Shown: positions 42,214 to 51,683 of the stretch, one piece after another | Position numbering within the stretch: position 1 is the stretch's first letter | How the letters are laid out: every line of letters begins with the position of its first letter | Assembly: GCA_963768055.1 (NCBI GenBank) | Contig: CAVYGN010000001.1 | Span: forward strand, 256,001-320,000 | DNA length: 64,000 nucleotides | DNA from: an uncultured Spirochaetota bacterium | GTDB taxonomy: Bacteria > Spirochaetota > Brevinematia > Brevinematales > JAOACQ01 | Direction: 5' to 3' | The notes under the pieces: model-generated | Told to the model about the DNA's origin: nothing | What the model saw: only the letters and a program-made list of their open reading frames with translations | Databases searched by the model: none | Translations under genes and position numbers: made by a program

Positions 42214-44034
42214 ATGTTAAAGAATAAATTCCGAAATATAGCCATTATTGCACATGTGGACCATGGTAAAACCACGCTGGTCGACGCAATGCTCCGGCAG
42301 AGCGGTGTTTTCAACGGCCATCAGGAACTTCAAGAACGTGTAATGGATTCCATGGACCTGGAAAAAGAACGGGGCATCACTATCGCTGCAAAGAATACAG
42401 CCGTTTATTACAATGGGATCAAGATTAATATTATAGATACTCCCGGGCATGCCGATTTCGGCGGTGAAGTTGAAAGAAGCTTGAATATGGTTGAAGGGGT
42501 GCTTTTGCTGGTTGACGCCAGCGAAGGCCCTCTTCCCCAGACCAGGTTTGTACTCAGGAAAGCCCTGGCGAAAAAGCTTCTTGTAATTCTGGTAATAAAT
42601 AAGATCGACAGGAAAGATGCCCGGATAGAAGAGGTTGTAAGCGAAGTTTATGACCTTTTTATCGACCTGGGCGCAGATCACGATCAAATAGAGTTTCCGA
42701 TCCTTTATACTGTAGCGACTGATGGAGTTGCGTATAAAAATATTGGCGACGATTCAAAAGATCTAAAACCACTGTTTGAAACTATTATCGGATACATACC
42801 GGCACCGGAAAGCGGCATCCGGGAACCCCAATTCCTTATAACCAATCTGGATTATGATTTTTATGTCGGGCAGGTCGCCCTGGGAAGGATGTTCAACGGA
42901 AAACTGGAACTGGCAAAAACTTACGCCCTCTCCAGCGGCGATAAATTAACAAAGAACATAAGGTTCTCCAACCTTTTTACCTACCACGGATTGACAAAAA
43001 AACAGGTGAATGAAGTTGAAGCCGGTGATATTGTCGCCGTATCCGGCGTGGAAAATGTCAGCATCGGCGATACAATTACATCGGAAGATAATCCGATGCC
43101 GCTTCCCGGAATCCGTGTCGATGAGCCGACGGTATCCATGATCTTCTATGTCAATTCGAGCCCTATCGCCGGAAGGGAAGGCAAGTACCTTACTACCCGG
43201 AATATTAAAGCGAGACTTGAAATTGAGTCATTACGGAATGTTTCCATCCGTGTTGAAATAACCGACCGTGCCGATGCTTTCAAGGTATCCGGCAGGGGAG
43301 AACTGCAATTGGGGATCCTTATCGAAACAATGCGCCGGGAGGGATATGAACTGATGGTCTCCAAACCTACTATAATTACAAAAACAATTAATGGACAGAT
43401 ACAGGAACCGTTTGAAAGGGTCTTTTTCGATATCCCGGAAGAGTACATAGGGGTGGTGTCGGAAAAAATGGCCCAGAAGAAAGGAAAAATGGAAAACATG
43501 AAGCACAGCGGCTCCGGCAGAGTGATCATAGAATGCGTCTGCCCGACCCGCGGGCTCATCGGCCTTCGGAGCCAGTTTTTAACCGATACCCGCGGCCTGG
43601 GCATAATAAACTCGATATTTGAAGGTTACAGGGATTGGGCCGGAACGATCCGGCACAGGATTAACGGTGTACTGGTCGCCGACAGGGCCGGCAAATCAAA
43701 TTCTTATGCACACCTGGCCATGGAAGACCGCGGAGAGCTTTTCCTGAATGTCGGAACAGAAGTTTACGAGGGCATGATCGTCGGAGAGAATAACCGGGAT
43801 CATGATCTGGATGTCAATATTACAAAAGAAAAAAAACTCACCAATATGCGAAGTTCAACGTCGGATCAGACAGTCGTTCTGAAAACCCCCAGGCTGCTGT
43901 CTCTTGACGAGGCGATCGAGTTCATCGCCGAGGATGAACTGGTCGAAGTTACGCCGGGCAGTTTCCGGATGCGTAAAATGGAAATGGATCAGAACAAAAG
44001 GGCCATTCTCAATAAAACGCATAATCTGAAATAG
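42214..44034 (+). CDS. typA: Translational GTPase TypA/BipA
   Basis: RNIAIIAHVDHGKTTLVD, DTPGHADFGGEVER, NKID, GRGELQL, KKLTNMRS, DELVEVTP. Confidence 0.97.
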   Translation: MLKNKFRNIAIIAHVDHGKTTLVDAMLRQSGVFNGHQELQERVMDSMDLEKERGITIAAKNTAVYYNGIKINIIDTPGHADFGGEVERSLNMVEGVLLLVDASEGPLPQTRFVLRKALAKKLLVILVINKIDRKDARIEEVVSEVYDLFIDLGADHDQIEFPILYTVATDGVAYKNIGDDSKDLKPLFETIIGYIPAPESGIREPQFLITNLDYDFYVGQVALGRMFNGKLELAKTYALSSGDKLTKNIRFSNLFTYHGLTKKQVNEVEAGDIVAVSGVENVSIGDTITSEDNPMPLPGIRVDEPTVSMIFYVNSSPIAGREGKYLTTRNIKARLEIESLRNVSIRVEITDRADAFKVSGRGELQLGILIETMRREGYELMVSKPTIITKTINGQIQEPFERVFFDIPEEYIGVVSEKMAQKKGKMENMKHSGSGRVIIECVCPTRGLIGLRSQFLTDTRGLGIINSIFEGYRDWAGTIRHRINGVLVADRAGKSNSYAHLAMEDRGELFLNVGTEVYEGMIVGENNRDHDLDVNITKEKKLTNMRSSTSDQTVVLKTPRLLSLDEAIEFIAEDELVEVTPGSFRMRKMEMDQNKRAILNKTHNLK

Positions 44035-44367
44035 TTAACCCTGCCAGTTTCATAGCTGTTTAAAACGCAATATTGATAATTATCATTGAAAAATCAATAA
44101 TAAAATTTAAGTTTGACTATTCGTTATATTATAGTTATATATAGTTGTAATTATTAATTTTCTTTTTGTATCAAGGGTACACTCTAATTGTAAAAATGCC
44201 TTCATGTATGAAAGACGACACCGCATAGCAGAATATGTAATCGTAAAAATCAAAGCTAAAATAACCTCTGTTTTTAAATACAAAAAAAGTTTAAGTGCTT
44301 TATAATAAGTGAGAGTTGGAGTAATGACCGGAGGGAGATGGATGAATCCCTAAAAAAAGGATTTAAA

Positions 44368-45585
44368 ATGAACATTTTGGTTTTTAATTGCGGGAGTTCA
44401 TCTGTATCTTACAAAGTTTTTAAGGTTACAGATTTAGATAAATTTGATGTTATCATCGCCGGTAAAGCTCATAGAGTAGGGGTAACAGGCAGCGAACCTT
44501 CATTTATTGAGCATGAGTATAAAGAAATAATTCATAAAGATGTTTTACCAATAACCAGTTACGGGCAGGCCGCAAAGCTGATATTAAAATTCATTAAAGA
44601 AAATAATGTAGTAATTGATTGTATAGGCAATAGATTTGTTCACGGCGGGACTTATTTCAATAAATCAGTTTTCGTTAATGAGGAGAACTTGAAAAAACTT
44701 AAATTGTGTCTCCCGCTGGCGCCTCTTCATAATCCGATAGCCTTAAGGGTTATTTTTGAATCAAGGAAAGTTTTTACTAATATAAGTCAATATGTGGTTT
44801 TTGATTCTGCATTTCATTCAACTATTCCTGATTACGCCTATACTTACGCTTTGCCGAAACGTATAGTGGAAAAATACAATTATCGGAAATATGGTTTTCA
44901 CGGGCTTTCATATTCATACGTTATTAAAACTGTTTCTGATTTTTTAGAAATACCGTCTGAAAAACTGAAAATCGTAGCATGTCACCTCGGAACAGGCGGC
45001 TCAAGCGTTGCGGCTATTAAAAATGGTTATTCTGTTGACACTTCTATGGGTTTTTCTCCTTTATCAGGTCTTGTAATGAGTACAAGAAGCGGGGATATTG
45101 ACCCTATGATTATGATATATATGATGGTATTTTATGGATATAGGAATGACGATCTGTTGAATTTTCTCAATAAAAAAAGCGGTCTGCTTGGCGTTTCCGG
45201 ATTTTCAAGCGATATAAGAGATATTATAAGCAGGATTTCCGTAGAAAAACAGGCGGGACTGGCTTTCAAAATGTATATACAACGCTTAAAAAAATATATT
45301 GGAAGTTATATTATTGCTGCATTAGGAGGGATTGATGTTTTAATTTTTACGGATGATATAGGCGTTAAGAATCCGCTTGTCAGGGAAAAAGTATGTGAAG
45401 ACATGGAATGGTGCGGGATTGTACTGGACAAAGAAAAAAATAAAAAATACGGAATGAAAAAGCCGGAGCTTTTGAATTCAATGGACTCAAAAGCCCGTAT
45501 TATTGCTGTTCCGACAGATGAGGAAGTTGTGATAGCCTGGGAAGGATTAAAATTGTTAAAGGAAGAAAAAAATGCTGCTCTTTGA
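44368..45585 (+). CDS. ackA: Acetate kinase family protein, Entamoeba-like loop signatures
   Basis: NCGSSS, RFVHGG, APLHN, FDSAFH, YGFHG, TRSGDIDP, TDEE; atypical CHLGTGGSS and FTDDIG; start after AAGGA RBS. Confidence 0.88.
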   Translation: MNILVFNCGSSSVSYKVFKVTDLDKFDVIIAGKAHRVGVTGSEPSFIEHEYKEIIHKDVLPITSYGQAAKLILKFIKENNVVIDCIGNRFVHGGTYFNKSVFVNEENLKKLKLCLPLAPLHNPIALRVIFESRKVFTNISQYVVFDSAFHSTIPDYAYTYALPKRIVEKYNYRKYGFHGLSYSYVIKTVSDFLEIPSEKLKIVACHLGTGGSSVAAIKNGYSVDTSMGFSPLSGLVMSTRSGDIDPMIMIYMMVFYGYRNDDLLNFLNKKSGLLGVSGFSSDIRDIISRISVEKQAGLAFKMYIQRLKKYIGSYIIAALGGIDVLIFTDDIGVKNPLVREKVCEDMEWCGIVLDKEKNKKYGMKKPELLNSMDSKARIIAVPTDEEVVIAWEGLKLLKEEKNAAL

Positions 45586-46618
45586 ACCTGAAGCTCCTTA
45601 TTTGAATTGGTTTTTGATAAATAAAGGAAAAATTGAAGAGGGCAAATTCATTTTTGATAGAAAATGCATGGACGCAGTGAGTGAGAAACTTGGCGGAATT
45701 GAAGATGTGAAAAAAATAGGGTATATTTTATATCATGGAGGTGAAGAAATTAAATCACCGGTAAGTCGTTTAACGGATAATAATATTATTGATTTTGAGA
45801 AGTGTGTTAAATACAACCCCGAACTTAATGATATAACCTTCAAGACTGCGAAATACTGGATGAAAAGAATTCCCGGTGCTGAGCATTTTTTGTTTTGCGA
45901 CACTGCATTCTTTTTAAAACTTCCGCAAGAGTCCAGTTCTTATGCCATTCCATATGAGCTTAGCAGGATAGGTGTAAAAAGATATGGAGGATATGGCTTA
46001 CTCCACCGGTGGGTTTACAAAAAAACCGAACATTTGAATAAAAATGGTATTCATAGATTGATAAGTGTTTATTTAGGAAATAATACTAACTTAGCCGCCA
46101 TAAGTAATAATAGGCCACTGGATACAAGCATGGGTTTTACCCGAATAGAGGGGATAATGTCATCGGGAGGGTGCGGTGATATTGATCCTACGATTATATT
46201 TAATCTTAATTCCGCAGGTTTGGAATTTAAAGAAATTAACAAGCTGCTCAGCCGGGAAAGCGGGTTTTCAGCTTTTCCAGGCAAAAATAACGATTTTTTT
46301 AATGTTATAAATAGAATTAATAAGAGGACTTCAGCGGATGTAAAAGAAGTTTTCTGCTATAGTATAGTAAAATACATCGGGGCTTTTATTGCCGAGCTCG
46401 GGGGTGTTGATTCAATAGTTTTTTCAAGTGAAAATCTGCGGGCTGCCGGCAGTTTTATTATGGAAATAATAAACAAACTTCAATTTTTAGGGGTTAAATG
46501 TAAATTAAAAGAAGAAGGGGATAAGGATTTTTTAAAAATATCAGAAACACGCTCGAAAATTAAAGTATATTGTTTTAATTACAAAAAGTGGAATATTCTT
46601 GATCAAAAATATATTTAA
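45572..46618 (+). CDS. Acetate kinase-like paralog, predicted catalytically inactive
   Basis: HGG, DTAF, YAIP, DTSMGFT..EG, GDIDP, KYIG..AELGGVD retained; NxGSSS, both catalytic Arg, FHG His and TNEE lost. Confidence 0.8.
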   Translation: MLLFEPEAPYLNWFLINKGKIEEGKFIFDRKCMDAVSEKLGGIEDVKKIGYILYHGGEEIKSPVSRLTDNNIIDFEKCVKYNPELNDITFKTAKYWMKRIPGAEHFLFCDTAFFLKLPQESSSYAIPYELSRIGVKRYGGYGLLHRWVYKKTEHLNKNGIHRLISVYLGNNTNLAAISNNRPLDTSMGFTRIEGIMSSGGCGDIDPTIIFNLNSAGLEFKEINKLLSRESGFSAFPGKNNDFFNVINRINKRTSADVKEVFCYSIVKYIGAFIAELGGVDSIVFSSENLRAAGSFIMEIINKLQFLGVKCKLKEEGDKDFLKISETRSKIKVYCFNYKKWNILDQKYI

Positions 46619-46629
46619 GGAGTGAAGGA

Positions 46630-47421
46630 ATGATTAAAGAAAAAGCATTTTTAGAAGATGTGGGAATGAGAGACCTTCCATTTCCAATGAAGGTAATCTC
46701 GAAATTTAACGCGGATGGACAGCCTACTATCGCGAATATTTCCATTAATGCGCGCATTATGCGGGATTTTGAACCGGAATGGATAGATAAGTTTATAAGG
46801 ATTCTGCATTCTCATAGGGAAAAAATAGGAACCAGCACACTAACCACGAATATTTTAGATTATCTTAAAGAATTGAATGCGTCAATGGTTGTTATTGATT
46901 TTAGTTATCCATTTTTTATTGAAAAAACAACCCCTGTATCAAAAGAAAAATGCCTTGTCAGATACATGTGCTCTTACAGCGTAAAAGCTTATCTCACTAT
47001 GGATAAACCTGATATACTTTTTAAAATATCGGTTCCGGCCCTTACTACATATCCACTTTCAAATGAAGAACTGAAAGGGGGTTTATTCGCACAATTAAGC
47101 ATTGTAAATATTGAGATTGAGCCTAAAAAACAGATCTTTCCGGAGGATATTGTAGATATTGTCGATAGGCATGCAATAGCCCCGGTTTATTCTTTTCTGA
47201 CAAAAGAAGACCAGAATTTCATCATTAACAAATTACATACCGAGAAAAAAACAAGTGTTATTCTGACCGATGAAATAAAGGATGAATTTGCACATAATAG
47301 TGAAGTTGAATGGTATAAAGTCAGCTGTACGAATTATGGAATGATGCATTCATACCTCACTTTAATCAGTACTGAAAAAAGTATGTGGATTCCATTCAGC
47401 GGTATCGAAGAAGAGATTTAA
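46630..47421 (+). CDS. FolE2 (GTP cyclohydrolase IB)-like T-fold protein, active-site motifs lost
   Basis: VG...L.FP, Q.TIA, YPFFIEK.TPVS, ED, VYS.L scaffold; HMSR, CPCS, AHxQR, KRxDE, FVED and ESIH are all substituted. Confidence 0.75.
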   Translation: MIKEKAFLEDVGMRDLPFPMKVISKFNADGQPTIANISINARIMRDFEPEWIDKFIRILHSHREKIGTSTLTTNILDYLKELNASMVVIDFSYPFFIEKTTPVSKEKCLVRYMCSYSVKAYLTMDKPDILFKISVPALTTYPLSNEELKGGLFAQLSIVNIEIEPKKQIFPEDIVDIVDRHAIAPVYSFLTKEDQNFIINKLHTEKKTSVILTDEIKDEFAHNSEVEWYKVSCTNYGMMHSYLTLISTEKSMWIPFSGIEEEI

Positions 47422-47443
47422 TTTTTAAATTCGCGGACAATAA

Positions 47444-47740
47444 TTAGGCTGTGGGATTAGACATTTCCAATACAAAAGCGAACATATAGTCGAGCTTTTC
47501 CTGGGGAACATCCTTGTAATGGATCTCTATTTTTTCACCGTCAACCCGTGATACGGTGGCCGATAAATTTTCATTGCCCACTTTTATATTGATCAAATCC
47601 CCGATGGCAAGACAGCCTTTAACCAGCATCTCGATGCCGGTCGAGGTTATATTTGTGATTAAACAGGGGCATCTGATGCCGTTCCATTCATAAAAAGAAC
47701 TTATTTCATGAATTTTTTTATCGAAATTTCTTTTTTCCAT
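47444..47740 (-). CDS. Stand-alone PilZ-like domain protein
   Basis: MEKRNFDK (RxxxK), NITSTG, beta-rich; start after GAGGG RBS. Confidence 0.6.
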   Translation of the reverse strand: MEKRNFDKKIHEISSFYEWNGIRCPCLITNITSTGIEMLVKGCLAIGDLINIKVGNENLSATVSRVDGEKIEIHYKDVPQEKLDYMFAFVLEMSNPTA

Positions 47741-47792
47741 TAATTCCCTCCAAATTTGATGTGAATAATACTGACCTGTTTTGAGCGGCAAG

Positions 47793-48161
47793 TCAAGATT
47801 TCCTGCCCTTCCAGTAACTATCTTCTACGCGCAAGTGCTCTATAAGCGCCTTGAGGGGCCAATGGATATTCTCGTTTGTCGGAGTGCAGAATATCGGACG
47901 CTTTACTTTTGCAACAGAAACAGCCTGCAGGGCTTTTTGAATATCTTCGTCCGAGAAAGCGAGGAACATCATAATGGGGGTCCCGTTTTCCTCGAAATTC
48001 GAACATTCGGCCAGTTCAAGCACCTCCTGGAGGGTCTTTTCCTCCATTCCGGAAGCACTCAGCAGGACGATGTCCCTGTTCAGGCAGTCCTCGACAGCCT
48101 TGCGAAGGCTCATGGCGTCAGCTTCGCTGTATCCGTAAAGAAGGATGCCGGTTTTATCCAT
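47793..48161 (-). CDS. DUF3783-like protein
   Basis: ILLYGY, MMFLAFS...I, PIFCTPTNENIHWPLK.LIEHL..E; GGAGG RBS. Confidence 0.7.
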   Translation of the reverse strand: MDKTGILLYGYSEADAMSLRKAVEDCLNRDIVLLSASGMEEKTLQEVLELAECSNFEENGTPIMMFLAFSDEDIQKALQAVSVAKVKRPIFCTPTNENIHWPLKALIEHLRVEDSYWKGRKS

Positions 48162-48345
48162 GTAGAAGCCTCCGGGGGTTCTTATCCCCTAGCCACGCGA
48201 ATAAACTTTCCATATTATTATGAGATAATTTCACAGATATTTCAAAAATTATTTCCTCATAGGGATTATCTGTGCCATCAGAAATCAGCAGGTGGTTCGA
48301 GGGCCCCATCAGTAGTAGATGAAAATTTAACCTTTGCATTGAACC

Positions 48346-48374
48346 TTGTCAAAACGGCATATCTATTATAAAAT
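48346..48374 (+). promoter_or_regulatory. Putative sigma70 promoter of the glycosylation cluster
   Basis: TTGTCA-17bp-TAAAAT. Confidence 0.45.
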
Positions 48375-48440
48375 ATTCCTTAGGTTTTAATGATTGTATT
48401 ATAAATACAGTTGAAGCCGATATAAGGATGAAAGAAAAAA

Positions 48441-49400
48441 ATGATTAACAACTTTAAACTTTCAGTCATCGTTCCCGTTTACAATGAAGAAAAAAATATT
48501 CCCCCATTGCTTGAAAGACTGAATAAAGTCATATCCGAAATCGGATGTGAATATGAAATAATATTCTGCATGGACCCCTGCAGGGATAAAACCGAAGAAT
48601 TAATACTGAATTACAGGAAAAAAGACGCCAATATTAAATTGATAAAAATGTCGCGCCGTTTCGGCCAGCCTGCCTGCACGCTGGCGGGGATCCATTACTG
48701 CACGGGCGTTATCTGCGTTGTGATTGACGCCGATCTCCAGGACCCGCCGGAATTGATTAAAGAAATGATTGCAAAATGGAAGGAAGGCTACCATGTTGTC
48801 TATGCCCAGCGGAAGAGCAGGAAGGGTGAAACCATTATAAAAAAACTCGTGGCCTTTCTAGGCTATAAAATCATCAACAGGATATCCGATGTGAGTATTC
48901 CGAGAAATACCGGAGATTTTCGGCTTATAAGCAGGGAAGTAATAGATAATTTAAAGGTATTAAAAGAAAACGACGCCTTTTTAAGAGGGCTGGTCGGTTA
49001 TATAGGGTTCAACCAGATAGGTATTTTATATGAAAGGGATTCAAGGCTGAACGGTAAAGGTAAATATAACAGGTTTTTCGGTTCTCTTAAAATCGGTTTG
49101 AACGGCGTTCTAAGTTTTTCCAAGTATCCGCTGGATTTGATATCGATTTCAGGTTTAATAGTCGCTTTATTCAGTTTTTTATTGGGAATTGCATATATCA
49201 TATTCAGCCTGCTGCATATTAAGATTCCCTGGGGAAATCCCACTCTTGTTATTTTAATTTCCTTTTACAGCGGAATCCAGCTGTTAAGCCTTGGAATCAT
49301 CGGCCAATACCTCGCGAGAATGTTCGACGAGGTCAAAAGGAGACCGATTTTTATTGTCCAGGAAGCGCATGGGTTTGAAATTATCTGGGAAAAAGAGTAG
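48441..49400 (+). CDS. GtrB-like polyprenyl-phosphate glycosyltransferase (GT2)
   Basis: SVIVPVYNEE, SRRFG, DADLQDPPE, GDFRLISR, two C-terminal TMs, KRRP. Confidence 0.9.
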   Translation: MINNFKLSVIVPVYNEEKNIPPLLERLNKVISEIGCEYEIIFCMDPCRDKTEELILNYRKKDANIKLIKMSRRFGQPACTLAGIHYCTGVICVVIDADLQDPPELIKEMIAKWKEGYHVVYAQRKSRKGETIIKKLVAFLGYKIINRISDVSIPRNTGDFRLISREVIDNLKVLKENDAFLRGLVGYIGFNQIGILYERDSRLNGKGKYNRFFGSLKIGLNGVLSFSKYPLDLISISGLIVALFSFLLGIAYIIFSLLHIKIPWGNPTLVILISFYSGIQLLSLGIIGQYLARMFDEVKRRPIFIVQEAHGFEIIWEKE

Positions 49401-49412
49401 TTTGTATAAATT

Positions 49413-49877
49413 ATGTGGAATAGCATTATTACACTTTTTCAAAATATAATATCCGATAAAATAGAAATTTATAAAAAAATTAAATTCCTGTTCATAGGCG
49501 GGACCACCGCCCTGGTGAATTTTTCTCTTATCTATCTGACCAACGGAATTTTAAAACTTAATCATAATTTATCGATTTCAATTTCTTTTTTCTCTGCGAT
49601 GATTTATCATTTCATGATGAACAAAATGTTTGTTTTCCAGGAAAAAAAATTATCGAGGCTCAAGTACCAGATCATTCAATACCTGATTTTATCATTTATA
49701 AATTATTTGATCAATCTGGGGGTCGTAAACTTATTACTCCTGTTCAAGATCAATATTTACATCGGGGTTGCGGCCGCGACAATAATAACAATGCTGTTGA
49801 CATATTTTATCATGAATAGATTGATTTTTAACAAAAAAGCCGCCGGCTTTATAAATTTATCCAGGAAAACGGAGTAA
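49413..49877 (+). CDS. GtrA-family flippase-like protein
   Basis: KFLFIGG...VN, F.MNK.FVF, four TMs. Confidence 0.85.
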   Translation: MWNSIITLFQNIISDKIEIYKKIKFLFIGGTTALVNFSLIYLTNGILKLNHNLSISISFFSAMIYHFMMNKMFVFQEKKLSRLKYQIIQYLILSFINYLINLGVVNLLLLFKINIYIGVAAATIITMLLTYFIMNRLIFNKKAAGFINLSRKTE

Positions 49878-49881
49878 TAAA

Positions 49882-50835
49882 TTGAAGTATTTTGTTACCG
49901 GCGGCGCCGGATTTATCGGGAGCAATATAACCGACAGGCTCCTTGACACTAATAATTCAGTAACCGTTTATGATAATTTTTCCACCGGATTTGAAGAGTT
50001 TTTAAACAGTGCGAAAAGATCTCCCGGCCTTAAAATAGTCGGGGGAGACTTGTTAGACCCGGAAACGCTTGCAGCCGCAATGCGGGACTGCGACTTCGTA
50101 ATACATTTTGCGGCAAATGCCGATGTAAGGTTCGGGATGGAACACCCGCAAAAAGATTTAAATCAGAATATCATCGCGACTTATAATGTTCTTGAAGCAA
50201 TGCGGAAAAATAATATTAAAAAAATCGCTTTTTCATCGACAGGCTCGATTTATGGAGAATCAAAAATTATTCCCACCCCTGAGGATGCGCCCTTTCCGGT
50301 TCAGACCTCCCTTTACGGAGCCTCAAAATTGGCCGGCGAAGGCTTGATCCAGGCTTATTGCGAGGGTTTCGGGTTTCAAGGGTGGATTTTCAGGTTTGTA
50401 TCAATCCTGGGGGAACGGTACACGCATGGGCATATTTTTGATTTTTATAAAATGCTCCTTGAAAATCCCGATAAACTCAGGGTTTTAGGGAACGGACATC
50501 AGAAGAAGTCTTATTTATACATCCAGGACTGCATCGACGCGATTTTTTTCGCCCTGGAAAAGTCGGACGATGAAGTAAATATTTTCAATCTCGGTACAAA
50601 CGAATACTGCGAAGTAAACGATTCGATCGGCTGGATTTCCGGCAATCTTGGCCTGAAGCCGGCACTGGATTATACCGGCGGAGAGCGCGGCTGGATAGGG
50701 GATAATCCTTTTATATTTTTAGACTGCTCGAAAATAAATAAACTTGGCTGGAAGCCCGGATTATCTATTAAAAGCGCGGTTATAAAGACTCTTGAATATT
50801 TAAAGGAAAACAAATGGATTATGGAAAGGAGATAA
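49882..50835 (+). CDS. NAD-dependent NDP-sugar epimerase/dehydratase
   Basis: TGGAGFIGS, HFAA, SST, YGASK; TTG start. Confidence 0.9.
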   Translation: MKYFVTGGAGFIGSNITDRLLDTNNSVTVYDNFSTGFEEFLNSAKRSPGLKIVGGDLLDPETLAAAMRDCDFVIHFAANADVRFGMEHPQKDLNQNIIATYNVLEAMRKNNIKKIAFSSTGSIYGESKIIPTPEDAPFPVQTSLYGASKLAGEGLIQAYCEGFGFQGWIFRFVSILGERYTHGHIFDFYKMLLENPDKLRVLGNGHQKKSYLYIQDCIDAIFFALEKSDDEVNIFNLGTNEYCEVNDSIGWISGNLGLKPALDYTGGERGWIGDNPFIFLDCSKINKLGWKPGLSIKSAVIKTLEYLKENKWIMERR

Positions 50836-50839
50836 ATAA

Positions 50840-51673
50840 TTGAAATCTGTAATTGTTTTCGGCGGAAGCCTGGGAATCGGCAAAAAGATAGCTTTTCATT
50901 TTTTAGAAAATAAATATAATGCTACAGTGTTTGCAAGGGCAAAAAGCAACCTGGAATTATTCCGCAGAGAAGCTGAAGATAAAGGGATGCATGCTAACAT
51001 TCAACAGGGAGATGTCGGAAATATCGATGATGTGAAAAATGCTTTTAAAGAACATAAAAAGAATTATGGCTCATTCCCTTCTTATGTGATAAATACCGCG
51101 GGGATCCAGGGGGCGCTGGGGCCGGCCTGGTCGCTGTCGCAGGCGGATTTTGAAAATGTAATTAAAGTAAATCTAACCGGAAGTTTTAATGTTTCAAAAA
51201 CGGCGATCGAGAATTTAATCGGGGAAAAGAAATCCGGGTCGATCATACTTTTTTCAGGCGGAGGATCATGCTACGCGCGTCCGAATTTTTCTTCATACGG
51301 GGTTTCAAAAACCGGGGTGATCAGACTTGTTGAAACAATAGCGGAAGAGCTGAAACAAAACGGCCTTAAAGGTATAATAATTAATGCAGTCTCGCCCGGC
51401 GCTGTAAGAACCAGGATGACGGAAGAAGTATTAAACTCGAAAGAAAGAGCCGGGGATAAAGCCTTCGGAGAAGCAAAAAAAACTATGGAAAACGGCGGGA
51501 CCCGTCTGAAAGACGTGATCGAACTGGTCGATTTTTTATGCAATAATGATTTAAACAAGGGTTTAAGCGGCAGATTGATACATTTCAGGGACGATTATAA
51601 AAAATTCGCAGAAATTCAAAAAGATAAAATCCATGATGATGCCGGGAAGCTCCGGAGAGTAAAATTGATATAA
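50840..51673 (+). CDS. SDR family oxidoreductase
   Basis: GGSLGIG, NTAG, YGVSK, NAVSPG. Confidence 0.88.
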   Translation: MKSVIVFGGSLGIGKKIAFHFLENKYNATVFARAKSNLELFRREAEDKGMHANIQQGDVGNIDDVKNAFKEHKKNYGSFPSYVINTAGIQGALGPAWSLSQADFENVIKVNLTGSFNVSKTAIENLIGEKKSGSIILFSGGGSCYARPNFSSYGVSKTGVIRLVETIAEELKQNGLKGIIINAVSPGAVRTRMTEEVLNSKERAGDKAFGEAKKTMENGGTRLKDVIELVDFLCNNDLNKGLSGRLIHFRDDYKKFAEIQKDKIHDDAGKLRRVKLI

Positions 51674-51683
51674 AGAGGTACCG

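Noticed and set aside
48280..48308. AATCAGCAGGT-GGTTCGAG-GGCCCCA, reminiscent of a tRNA 3' half just before gtrB/gtrA
   Set aside because: No T-stem or acceptor-stem pairing and no integrase nearby; it cannot be distinguished from chance.
48154..48339. 61-aa minus-strand ORF
   Set aside because: Covers the promoter-like (TTGAAA-17-CATAAT) and RBS region of the DUF3783-like gene; no recognisable motif.
47781..48371. 196-aa plus-strand ORF
   Set aside because: Antisense to the DUF3783-like gene, with no RBS or motif support.
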